Positions 1 through 12,582 of a DNA stretch of 64,000 nt are shown one piece after another (the first letter of the stretch is position 1; each line of letters begins with the position of its first letter). Where the stretch lies: NCBI GenBank assembly GCA_964016885.1, contig OZ024745.1, positions 131,440,001-131,504,000 of the forward strand, read 5' to 3'. Origin of the DNA: Eledone cirrhosa. Lineage: Eukaryota. The position numbers and the translations under genes were made by a program. The notes beneath the pieces were generated by a model, which saw only the letters and a program-made list of their open reading frames with translations, was not told the DNA's origin and did not search any database.

Positions 1-102
1 GCATCACGTGACCGTACCAACGTAGTCTTCTCTCGAGTAAACAACATCTGATCCCTCTTATCTCTAATTTCTCCCTTAGTTCGTTTATGCTTTGCCGTTA
101 AC

Positions 103-601
<499 letters not shown>

Positions 602-852
602 CAGGTGCTGACGCGGCAAACTCCTTGACTCTACAGGCCTCCACAGTCTTTCTTGCCGCCTGAATGCCGGCCGTTTCGCGGGTCACACGGAGCTAAACCT
701 CATCCTGAAGAGAGCTTTGGCCCGGGTGAACACCCCCTCAGTCTTGGAACCATCTGGGTTGTCCAGAAATGACCACTGACGGTCTTACCCTGTGCCCCTG
801 GTCGAGAGGCAGGTGCCTTGTCTGGGACGTCACTGTTAGTCACTCTTTCCCA
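602..852 (+). pseudogene. CRE-like non-LTR retrotransposon fragment (zinc knuckle plus restriction-like endonuclease)
   Basis: Manual translation gives C*RGKLLDSTGLHSLSCRLNAGRFAGHTELNLILKRALARVNTPSVLEPSGLSRND, then after a frameshift DGLTLCPWSRGRCLVWDVTVS. This matches the CxCG..D..GxHxLSC / RH..LN / LEPxGLxRxDxxRPDGxTxxPW..G..LVWDxT pattern of CRE-clade elements. Confidence 0.8.
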
Positions 853-854
853 CG

Positions 855-1070
855 TGGGTCATATATGAAATGATGCACCTTGTTAATAGCATGCACATAT
901 ATGTGCATGCTAACAAGGTGCATCATTTCATGTATGACCCATTGTGTATCTTTATATGACTGTGTATATATCCTATTTGTGTGTATATATATATATATGT
1001 ATATATCTTTGTAGGCGTGCATGGGCCTGTAGGTGAATATGCGCATATTTGTAAGAGTGTATATGAGCCA

Positions 1071-1103
<33 letters not shown>

Positions 1104-1104
1104 T

Positions 1105-1147
<43 letters not shown>

Positions 1148-1154
1148 TGTGTGT

Positions 1155-1201
<47 letters not shown>

Positions 1202-1208
1202 TGTGTGT

Positions 1209-1273
<65 letters not shown>

Positions 1274-1864
1274 TGTGTGTGTTTGTGAGCGAGTCTGTAT
1301 CTGTGCCTGTATATGGGCATGTAGGCAGGCGTCTGTGTATGCGTATGTCTATGGGTTTTTTTATTTGTTCTTAAGTGTGTGTGTATAGCAGGAGTCTCTG
1401 CGTACGGATGTTGTTATCTATGTGATTGTGTGTGTGTGTGTGTCAGAGTGCGTGCGTGGACATGTGAACTACCAAACCCAGTAGTAATTCATCGAAGTGT
1501 GGCAGAAAGGGACAGCTGATGGTCAGTAGAATCCACACCTGTTGGTCAGATTTACGATGACGTAGAAAAGCAGCAGCCAATAAGAGGATGCGCGAAGAGG
1601 ATGTTTTTGAGGCTAACCCCCCAGTGAAGGAATTTGCTCCGAAATCATTAGACGTGTCCATCAAACCTGCAGGTCGAGAATCAGACAGATCCACACAATG
1701 ATCGCGTCTTGAGCTGTCCGCTGGCGAAACAATTGTAACACACAATAAATTGAGTTCAGATGCATCACTGATTTTTCGTTTTATACTATATCATACTCTG
1801 CTCTGTAAAAGCATAGAGTGCTCAACCGGCATACCGCCTATGGAAGCACCTTAGCTACCATCAG
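855..1864 (+). mobile_element. Probable degenerate Penelope-like 3' remnant with a 5' fold-back palindrome
   Basis: Near-perfect palindrome at 855-941, a (GT)n-rich body, an HHR 3' half GAAA-caattg-TA near 1726 followed by AATAAA, and an actc...gagtgct tail (about 1795-1822). It ends in (CA)n(TA)n. The CUGAUGA half is not intact. Confidence 0.45.
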
Positions 1865-1927
<63 letters not shown>

Positions 1928-1978
1928 CATCATCATCATCATTGTTTAATGTCTATTTTTCACACTAGCATGGATTAT

Positions 1979-2093
1979 GTTAATGGCCATATGCTAAAGA
2001 CATCAGTTCTCATCCGATCAACCACATTAAGCATCATTGAGCCTAATTACTATTTAGATGGGTGACCACTTGGGAAACCTAGGTGCTGTAAGT
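1979..2093 (+). pseudogene. 5S rRNA-derived degenerate copy (pseudogene or SINE3 head)
   Basis: ggccata...ctcatccgatc...ttaagca...ttagatgggtgaccacttgggaaacctaggtgctgta is colinear with the 5S consensus (including the box C region and 3' end), with many substitutions. Confidence 0.75.
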
Positions 2094-2176
2094 ACCGTTT
2101 TATCTGTTGGTGCTGTGATACATTTGTAGCACAGCTTGCTTTCTGCTAAGTGCAATTCCGACTAAAGAATTTATAT

Positions 2177-2405
2177 GCAGGCATGTGGCTTAGTGATTAG
2201 CAGTTGTGAGTTCGATTCCCAGACTGGCTGCTGAATTGTGTCCTTAAGCAAGACAGTATATTTCACATTGCCCCAGTTTACTCAGCTGTAAAAATGAGAT
2301 GTGATGTCACTGGTACCAAGCTGTATTGACCTTTGCCTATCCCTTGGACAACATTAGTGGCCTGGAGAGAGGTGACGAGTATCCATGGGTGACTGCTGCT
2401 CATCC
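2177..2405 (+). mobile_element. tRNA-derived SINE (family with tgtccttgagcaagac core)
   Basis: A-box-like tggcttagtg, B-box gagttcgattcc and a shared core. Related copies lie near 3630-3740, 5540-5640(-) and 35970-36265(-). Confidence 0.7.
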
Positions 2406-4689
2406 ACATCACTGTTTTAGAGCAATCAATGTTTTGGAACTATACAGTATAGCCACTGAATTATAAAGTAAATGACTGGGTATTTTAGCCTTCACTTAAT
2501 ATTCAGTCAAAACCAGCATCAGATGATGTGTGACAAAGTTGATTCTTCTTTTGAAATAAGTTGCCATCTATGTGATTCAGTTACACACATATTCAGTCTC
2601 TTCAATTTCACTCATAACACTCAATCCAAGGTTATTCCCCTGCAAAGTATCTTAATTATTCAGCTATGCTATCCCCTTCACACATACAAACACTATCATT
2701 TCCTAATTAGTGTTAAGCAATATTATTCTTTCATCTTAGTATCTTCCATCAAATAAACACAGTGTATTACATAATGGGATTACATACTTCTTAGTGATGA
2801 ATAAAGTAGGACTAAACGCTAAATATGTCTAAAAGAGACTAAAGATTTTTTTCCCTTTTGCTGTTTTTTATTTTTAGAAAACAAAATCAACATGAAAGAA
2901 GCTCTCTAACCCCCCATAGTGAAATCTTAGTGGGGATATTTTTGTAAAAATAGTGTCTTTTTCTCTTTATTGGTTTTCACGTTAACTTTGAATAGCTGTA
3001 GAAAAGCAGTGCTTAAGAAAATGTAAACACAAACTTAGGCTTACACATACTAGATTTTAATACTCATCTAGAATTTAGAGGATGAAGGGTGGGGGTTATT
3101 TAGCTCAAGGTTAGCTCCAGCAGAACTATGATGAAAGGCATTCCAATCATAATCCTATCGGTTTTTATTTTTCAGATATAATGTCCCAAGGAATACATTA
3201 TCCAATACGTTCTACCTTCTTTTAAGATAAATAATCTAAAGATTATTTAATTGATATTTCTAGCGGGTTTGGCAATCTGATAGAACAAAGGAACTTCTAC
3301 ATGGACACACACCCTGCTAGAAATTCCCCAATCGTATAAAAAAGAGAGGAGATATTGAATAATTTAGACCTAGATACCCACGAAGGCAGATGGTATGTTA
3401 GCAACTGGAATGCCTTCCACCACATGATGTTTGATCAGAGTTGACTAGGGGCTCAACAAAAACAACATCATGCAGAAACTTGAGGTCTCAGTGTGTGAAT
3501 AAAAGCACTATATGATGTTATTAATATTTATCTCTGGTTTAACATCCTGCAATGATTTAACAGAAAACATCTAAAAAAAAAAAAAGACAGGTTCATTAAT
3601 TCAAATATTTATAGTAACTTTGTGAAAGTATGGGGCTTAATTAGAGAATTGGATTTTCAATCATGAGGTTACAAGTTCAATTCCAGGACTAGGTGATGTA
3701 TTATGTCCTTGAGCAAGACAGTTTATTTCACATTGCTCTTTCTGCCAGGAGTTGTGACTGGTAGATAGTATCAGCAACGGAGAGACCTGGTCTGATTTCA
3801 TGAGTTCCACCTCATTCAGTATGTGAGTGAGGGATCTTGTCAATCAATTAGAAGGTATCTTTGCTAGAAGACAGATCATTGTGACAATTTACAGTATTTG
3901 AATAAAGTCTTTAATATTTAATATGATACAGTTATAGTGCTGTTTTGTACTTTTCAAGTATGTCTTGCTAACATAATTGTTCTGAACCACATGAAGCTAA
4001 GACATTTTGGTTTAGAAAGATTAAGATGTTCCTTCCTATATGTTGATGTAGGCAGCCAAGTGAAGGGCATTCTGATAATTTACATAAAAATATTGCAGTA
4101 TCAAGTAACAAAGTATAACTCATTGAATGTGGAAGGTAGTTTCCATTGTTGTATAAGACAAATCACTTCTTATATAAACATATAAACATACATATACACA
4201 TATATAAACACACACACACACACATACACACACTGATAGGGGAGAGACAAGAGAAAAAGAAATGAAGAAAGTGAAAATATCCTAAACTATGATAAAAAAA
4301 CAAATGATTTAACATTCACCTGGACAAAGACAAACACAAAGAAAAGAGGCTGAGAGACAGGTAAGCAGACAAAGAGACAGGCAGGTGGACATAAAGGCAG
4401 GTAAGCAGACATGTAGGTAAGCAGACAGGTAGGCAGACAAACAGACAGACTGAACAACTTATACTAACAGGAACCATACTGAAGTATTTGTAAATCTGTA
4501 ATGGAATGTTAAAGAAGGTATTTTACAGTTGGATGATCTTCTGAACAGCAACCACCCAGGTGGGAATGGAAAGGGAAAGTTATTTTCAACTCTGGAGAGA
4601 GGAGAGGAAAGTGTGTGTGTGTGGGGGGGGGGGGAGAGAAGAGAGTAATGTTCCACTGTACATTGGAGGGAGGGGGGTCATTGGGACAC

Positions 4690-5063
4690 CACTAACAACA
4701 CTACTACTACTACTACTACTACCAACACTACTACTACTACTACCAACACTACTATTACTACTACCAACACTACTATTACTACTACCAACACTACTATTAC
4801 TACTACCAACACTACTACTACTACCAACACTACTATTACTACTACCAACACTACTACTATCACTAGTAATACTACTACTAGTACCAACACTACTATTACT
4901 ACTACCAACACTACTACTATCACTAGTAATACTACTACTACCAACACTACTACTACCAACACTACTACTACCACCAACACTACTACTACCAACACTACTG
5001 CAGCAGCAGCAGCAACTACTACCTCAACTACTACTACTGCTGCTATTACAACTACAACTACTA
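4690..5063. repeat. (CTA)n-derived simple repeat (ctactactaccaaca)
   Basis: Directly visible; source of the poly-L and poly-V ORFs. Confidence 0.95.
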
Positions 5064-6132
5064 TGGGAAACAGTTTTTTACGTAGGGATTCAAAGAACAA
5101 CAACATTGGCATAGTTTCATTCTAATGTTCCCCAAGTCTATTGGAGGATTTGAATAAAGTACTGCAAGCTAAGGAGGCAATTATTGAGGGCAGTTATTCA
5201 CTAGAAATGGTAAAGTGCCAAACTAATTACCTTAAAGTAATTTTAAGTTATTAACCACACTACATGTCTGGTTTCAAATCTCACCAGAGCAAGATATAAT
5301 CTTTTCAGTTATAAATCCAATCAGAGTAGTTTATAGGAGGAACTTGAACCTGGGAGGATGTGAGGCAATGTTGGCCCTAGCAAGCTTTGAACTCAAAGTA
5401 TAGAAAACGATCGACATGACCCCACATCTCATTAGCTTACTGAGTGGTGTGGGACTCGTCAAATCAGACCAAAGAAGCAATGTTTCCATTGGTATTTCCA
5501 TTGCTGATACTATCTATCAGTCAAAACTCTTGGCAGAAAGAGCAACATGAAATAAAGTGTCTTGCTCAAGGACACAACATATCGCTTGATCCTGGAATTG
5601 AACTCACAACCACATGATTGTGAATTTAATTCTCTAACCACAAAATGTAGGTATGAACCCATAACTCCTGATGGAGTGCTATCGTGGCATATGGCATGCT
5701 TTAGATATTTTTTAAAACTGGTTAAAGTCCATCTCTCTCCTGAACACAACAGATTTCTTCCAAAGAAGGAAAGAGAGAGAGAGAGAAAAATGTAAGAGAG
5801 ATATAGAGGAATAATTGACCCTAGTACAGAACTGGTACCTTGAAAGGATAAAAAGCAAAGTTGACCTCAGAGTGCAGAAAACCAGAACAAACACAATACA
5901 TTGTATTTAATGGTCTGATGACTACCAATTAGTTGCCCCCATAATAAAATACACGAAATTTCTCTGAGAGTCTAACTGTCAGTCTACAGCAATGATGATT
6001 AATTGTTTATTCCATCGATTCAAGTAATTACCAGTTATGTATTAGGGTTAATTCAATCACTGAACAAAATACATAACTTTGTACCTTAGTTTCTATCTCT
6101 GATGAAATAGATTCAACTCTTAAAGTTCAATG

Positions 6133-6822
6133 ACTGGCTGTTCTAGTTGACTGACTATTACTGGCTGTTCTAGTTGACTGACTATTACTGGGTGTTCTAG
6201 TTGACTGACTCTATTACTGGCTGTTCTAGTTGACTGACTATTACTGGGTGTTCTAGTTGACTGACTATTACTGGGTGTTCTAGTTGACTGACTATTACTG
6301 GGTGTTCTAGTTGACTGACTATTACTGGGTGTTCTAGTTGACTGACTATTACTGGCTGTTCCAGTTGACTGACTATTACTGGCTGTTCTAGTTGACTGAC
6401 TATTACTGGCTGTTCTAGTTGACTGACTATTACTGGCTGTTCTAGTTGACTGACTATTACTGGCTGTTCTAGTTGACTGACTATTACTGGGTGTTCTAGT
6501 TGACTGACTATTACTGGGTGTTCTAGTTGACTGACTATTACTGGGTGTTCTAGTTGACTGACTATTACTGGGTGTTCTAGTTGACTGACTATTACTGGCT
6601 GTTCTAGTTGACTGACTATTACTGGCTGTTCTAGTTGACTGACTATTACTGGCTGTTCTAGTTGACTGACTATTACTGGCTGTTCTAGTTGACTGACTAT
6701 TACTGGCTGTTCTAGTTGACTGACTATTACTGGCTGTCCTAGTTGACCGACTATTACTGGCTGTCCTAGTTGACCGACTATTACTGGGTGTTCTAGTTGA
6801 CTGACTCTATTACTGGGTGTTC
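6133..6822. repeat. 27-bp minisatellite, about 25 copies
   Basis: Unit actgg(c/g)tgttctagttgactgactatt. Confidence 0.95.
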
Positions 6823-7394
6823 AAGCATATACATGTAGTTTTGTAAATGCACAGATACCCCGGCCCTTGGATGCCTTCAGCACAGTCTATTTCAAACATA
6901 CAGGCTAAAATTTCTGACTAAAGACACCATTCTCTCTTTCTCCCTTCTCTACACTAATCTCAGACCATTCTTTTATTCTGGGTTCAGCCATTTCACTGGA
7001 ACTGTGCTGGAGCACCATATTCTTCATATCAAACCTAGTACATTGTCAGCTACACATTTTATCAAGCATATAAAGGGCTGAAAGGCAAAATTCCTTGATG
7101 TAAATATAAGAATGTAATACAGCATACTAAGATTTCTTGAAGTTTTACCATAGCATAATTTATAGTGTGTAATCTTTGTTTCAAATATCCTCACAAACTC
7201 TTGGAGATAGATAGCAGAAGCAGATGTGAATCGGATTCTCACAAGTGGCTCTTTCCATGTTTCTCTGGGTCCAGTGATGTATATGCTCAATGTGTTTCAC
7301 TATTTTATAGTTAAACCTTGTTGTAGCAGCTTGCAATAAACTAACATACTTTCAAAATTAAAATTTGCTAACAATTCATAGAACATTTTTTTTC

Positions 7395-7620
7395 TTATAT
7401 GACCAATGGGTGAAGAAATGCCAGGAAATCCCAGTGGAAGGAAGCCACAGCAGAGGACAACCAACAAAGACCTGGGGTGAGGTTGTGAGAGCAAACCTCA
7501 AATCACTGAGACTGGCAGAGGAGATAACGAAGGAACATGAAAAGTGGAGAAATGCCATGCTGAGAAGGACCCGTCCAACCCATGCAAGCATGGAAAAGTG
7601 AACGTAAAAATGATGATAAT
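7395..7620 (+). mobile_element. RTE-clade LINE 3' fragment (same family as 17696-18545)
   Basis: DQWVKKCQEIPVEGSHSRGQPTKTW followed by an (ATG)n tail. Confidence 0.8.
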
Positions 7621-8034
7621 GTCTGTGTGTGTGTGTGTGTGTGTGTGCCTGTGTGTGTGTGCCTGTGTGTGTGTGCCTCTGTGTGTGTGTGTATGAGTAC
7701 TTAGGAATAAAGAGCCAAGAGCTTATAGTGTTTGTATGAAGTTATGTTTTCTTTTCTTTATTTTTCCAAACTGGATTATACATATATGACTATATATTCT
7801 ATTTGTTTCCTTTTTCTCAAACTGCTGCATTCTTTAACACTACATTTGTTGTATTTGAGCAAATTAATGCTGTGGATTATTTTAGCCAAATGCAGCTCTA
7901 GTAAATTTAGTTATTCATTTTGTTTTCATATATTTTTGCATTTTTATTTATACACCCGTTCTTACCCACAATGACAAAAGTATGTTCTATAAATTACCAA
8001 GTATATGACAAGTGACATTTGTTTATATATATAA

Positions 8035-8331
8035 CTTCTTTTCTTTGCCCACCTATTCCTGAGAGGGTCGTGGGGGCAGAGACCTCAAATACTCCTTCCA
8101 GCAGGTCCTGTCAGAAGTAACTGTCGCCAACTGATCCAGCTGGATCCCCAAGCGTAACCAGTCAAGTTCATCGATGTTATCCAACCATCTTGCTCGGGGT
8201 CTACCCCTGGGTCTCCTGCCAGTTGGTTTCGCCCATAAAATCTGTCCAGTGAGTCTTTCCTGAGACATTTCAACCCCATGCTCATAATATCGGAGCTGTG
8301 ATCTCTCAATTCGGAGAAGTAGCGGCTCTAC
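8035..8331 (-). mobile_element. RTE-clade LINE 3' fragment (second family), truncated by the adjacent fold-back
   Basis: MSQERLTGQILWAKPTGRRPRGRPRARW; homologous to the copies at 30715, 32580 and 55183. Confidence 0.8.
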
Positions 8332-8514
8332 TTAATATAGAAATGGCTTCTACAGGACTAGAACTATTTCATTCAAAAGCCCTTCCCTATGATTTCTTTT
8401 GAATGAAACTGTTCTAGTCCTGTAGAAGCCATTTCTATATTAAATTTGATGTTTACATTCTAATGTATTGAGTACCTTACTTACTGTGGTTACCCCCTGA
8501 CTGAGCTTGGAACT

Positions 8515-8518
<4 letters not shown>
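8332..8518 (+). mobile_element. Fold-back Penelope-like mini-insertion
   Basis: Inverted arms of about 48 bp (8332-8379 and 8396-8443). The right arm has an HHR-like 3' half GAAA-ctgttctag-TC, then a tail with ttgagtac and (TA)n. Confidence 0.6.
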
Positions 8519-8564
<46 letters not shown>

Positions 8565-8976
8565 AGATAGTCCTATACGAGCGAGACATGGTCACCTGAC
8601 CAATCTTGCCTCAAGTGGGACAATTCCTGTCTAAACCCATGCTAGCATGGAAGATAGACGTTAAACGATGATCATGATGATGATATATATATCTTTTGCT
8701 CTTTTACCTGTTCCAGCCATCCGACTGAGGCCATGCTGGGGCATATATATACTTACAGTAAATATTGATGCAATTCAATTCAAACACTCTACCTACATTT
8801 TCCACACTTAGAATAAGAAAAGGAAAGTAGTTTCAGATGTTAAAGTCCTTTATTGGTAAAGCCACCATCTCAGCCTATCTTCCAATCAAACCCAAGAAAC
8901 ATTCCAATACACGATGTTTTGAGATGCCATCACTATCTTTCTCATACAATCTTCAATCCAGTGTCTTGAAGTATAA

Positions 8977-9612
8977 CAATGAAGTTGGTGTCACAGATGG
9001 TTTATATGACTTTATGATGGCTTCACAGATGGTTTATATGACTTTATGATGGCTTATATCAATGAAGTTGGTGTCACAGATGGTTTATATGACTTTATGA
9101 TGGCTTATATCAATGAAGTTGGTGTCACAGATGGTTTATATGACTTTATGATGGCTTATATCAATGGAGTTGGTGTCACAGATGGTTTATATGACTTTAT
9201 AATGGCTTATATCAATGAAGTTGGTGTCACAGATGGTTTATATGACTTTATGATGGCTTATATCAATGAAGTTGGTGTCACAGATGGTTTATATAACTTT
9301 ATGATGGCTTATATCAATGAAGTTGGTGTCACATATGGTTTATATGACTTTATGATGGCTTATATCAATGAAGTTGGTGTCACAGATGGTTTATATGACT
9401 ATATGATGGCTTATATCAATGAAGTTGATGTCACAGGTGGTTTATATGACTATATGGTGGCTTATATCAATGAAGTTGATGTCACAGATGGTTTATATGA
9501 CTTTATGATGGCTTATATCAATGAAGTTGGTGTCACAGATGGTTTATATGACTATATGATGGCTTATATCAATGAAGTTGGTATCACACATGGTATGACT
9601 TTATGATGGCTA
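8977..9612. repeat. 51-bp minisatellite, about 12 copies
   Basis: Unit aatgaagttggtgtcacagatggtttatatgactttatgatggcttatatc; one frame stays open (MMAYINEVGVTDGLYDF repeats). Confidence 0.95.
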
Positions 9613-10654
9613 TCATAAACACTAGATTTGAGACTCTTCAAGATATCTCAGACAGTAAGCCAACAGATTTGAACAATTTGATAGTTTTATTCTCATAACA
9701 TCGTCAGTGTAGTGCAACAGAAACTAGGCAGCAGGTCAGCAGCAGGTGATTAGCAAACTAATGGATGTTAAATCATATAATAATTTTATTCTAGTTAGTT
9801 CAAAGGCAACCTAACACCAGGGTTGTTATTTACTATACACTAACAGAAGGTTGTGAAGACAAGGAGAGTATGCAGCTAAAATAGACCACCTACCTAAACA
9901 TAACCAGCTATTGATAATAGTAAAACCATAATAGTCATTTAAAACACAAATATTCTGTTATATTTACTTTTTGTTTTATTTTATGATATACATTATTATG
10001 GATAAAATTTGTGTTATTCTATATCCATAACCTGGTCATTAATACTTTATTTTACTTTGTCAAACAAGTTCAACACCAAAACAATTTTGATTAAGACAAA
10101 AATAAAATAATGAAGGAGTTTACTTACCAAAATTAAGTAATTATTGTTTTTATCCACAAAAACAAAGAGTTGAAATTGTATATATTGTTTCCAATTGTTA
10201 ATAAATATGAACAATTTAACTGTAAAGTGGGCAAAATATTTGCAAACTAACTGTGTAATTCCTTGCTGCTTCAAGAATTTGTTCACATGTTAATTGGTAA
10301 TGAACTGTGGCATTGTATGTTTCCATTCTATAGTAGAATTACTTTCCAATGAGCTAAAATAGAAATAAAGTGAAATTGAAGATTGGAATAATTAATATTT
10401 TAATTATTCTATAAATGAAATATTATATTTTTGTTTAGATGCCAAGTGAACTCAAATTATGTAATCTTATGATGAAAGAGATACCAGCCAAATAGAAAAT
10501 AAAGTAGTATTAGATACACTATGGAAGTGGCTCAACTAAAATTTGAAACAGTATCACAAATTAATATATTAAGCAGTAACCACTACAGTGTTCACTTTGT
10601 AAAGAACTTAGAGTAGAACAACTGGGAAATTACTTTTTATATGAAATAGAAAGT

Positions 10655-11487
10655 TTTGTGTACTGAAATAGTGACAGTATGGTCCAGAATTCAGGTATAT
10701 ATTGTGTGCTGAAATAGTGACAGTATGGTCCAGTATTCAGGTATACATTGTGTGCTGAAATAGTGACAGTATGGTCCAGTATTCAGGTATATATTGTGTA
10801 CTGAAATAGTGACAGTATGGTCCAGTATTCAGGTATACATTGTGTACTGAAATAGTGACAGTATGGTCCAGAATTCAGGTATACATTGTCTGCTGAAATA
10901 GTGACAGTATGGTCCAGTATTCAGGTATATATTGTGTACTGAAATAGTGACAGTATGGTCCAGTATTCAGGTATACATTGTGTACTGAAATAGTGACAGT
11001 ATGGTCCAGAATTCAGGTATACATTGTCTGCTGAAATAGTGACAGTATGGTCCAGAATTCAGGTATACATTGTCTGCTGAAATAGTGACAGTATGGTCCA
11101 GAATTCAGGTATACATTGTCTGCTGAAATAGTGACAGTATGGTCCAGTATTCAGGTATACATTGTGTGCTGAAATAGTGACAGTATGGTCCAGTATTCAG
11201 GTATATATTGTGTACTGAAATAGTGACAGTATGGTCCAGAATTCAGGTATACATTGTCTGCTGAAATAGTGACAGTATGGTCCAGAATTCAGGTATACAT
11301 TGTCTGCTGAAATAGTGACAGTATGGTCCAGAATTCAGGTATACATTGTCTGCTGAAATAGTGACAGTATGGTCCAGAATTCAGGTATACATTGTCTGCT
11401 GAAATAGTGACAGTATGGTCCAGTATTCAGGTATACATTGTCTGCTGAAATAGTGACAGTATGGTCCAGAATTCAGGCATACATTCT
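10655..11487. repeat. 46-bp minisatellite, about 18 copies
   Basis: Unit attgtgtactgaaatagtgacagtatggtccagaattcaggtatac. Confidence 0.95.
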
Positions 11488-11851
11488 ATGAATTGTATGC
11501 CTGACCAGAACGTATACCTATTTACTTCAGTCTATCAATGATAAAATAGATTTTACTCTAACATTGTGGTTGAGTATGTCATTATTACTGGGTGTTTAAT
11601 GTATTCCAAAGAAATAACCTTATTTCAAACTAAACATTTATTTATCCCTGCATTCAAAAAATAAATTCCTTCTAATCTCTATATCTTGTCCATAAATCTA
11701 AATTATCTTCTGACTACATTCTTCCTGCTCGGATTAAACAGGAATTTCTTGCATATTACAAACTCCATGGCAAACCAATTTCAGTTATAAGAATACTAAT
11801 CTTTTATCACATACATTAACCTTTATTGGCTGTCACTCATCATCACTCCAG

Positions 11852-11891
<40 letters not shown>

Positions 11892-12038
11892 TTTTTTCCG
11901 TTGTGTTGTAATATAAATATTACACACAGTAGATTATCAGCTCACGTAGAGTTTGCTCGACGGTTCCAGTTGTAGTTCCAAAAGTAATCCGGAGAAAAAT
12001 AGAAAGATTTGAATGGATACAGTTTAGTTGAAAGGAAT

Positions 12039-12155
12039 TTATTGACACGTGTTTCTATAACAGTTACATAACCTAAAACAGCTATCTACAAACTTTTAGT
12101 TATGCAGACATTCAATATTTCAATGTTATTGTTTACTGTCATTTCATCAGAATAA
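12039..12155 (-). ncRNA. Mirror copy of the Naiad hammerhead in the inverted duplication
   Basis: Reverse complement of 15510-15626. Confidence 0.75.
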
Positions 12156-12582
12156 TATTACTGAGGACCTATTTAGTTTTTATAGAGAATATTAGGAGGA
12201 AGGGGTGAAGTTGTTAGAAGAATAGTTGAAGGAGTGGTTTTTCGATAGCAGTGAGAATTCTTGGTGGCAGTGATTAATTAGATTCCCATCTGTTGTTTTG
12301 ACATTTTTTATAGAATATATTATTGGTTATTTTTCTAAATCTATAGAAGGATTAGAGATAGTAAAGATATGCGTGGTTGGTTTTGTGTTTGCACTTAACA
12401 TTCAGACTTAAATTTTTCTTTCAAGTGTACGTATTCTTTCACCCACGCATTCACACACAAATATATTTGCACACCTCTACAAAATACATATACTCACAAT
12501 TCACATATTCATACTTACATATATATACACATGCATACACATATATATACACACATGTATTCATGTACATACATACGCGCTC

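Noticed and set aside
6133-11487. CRISPR-like appearance of the 27-, 51- and 46-bp arrays
   Set aside because: Head-to-tail repeats without unique spacers, no cas genes, and a eukaryotic context.
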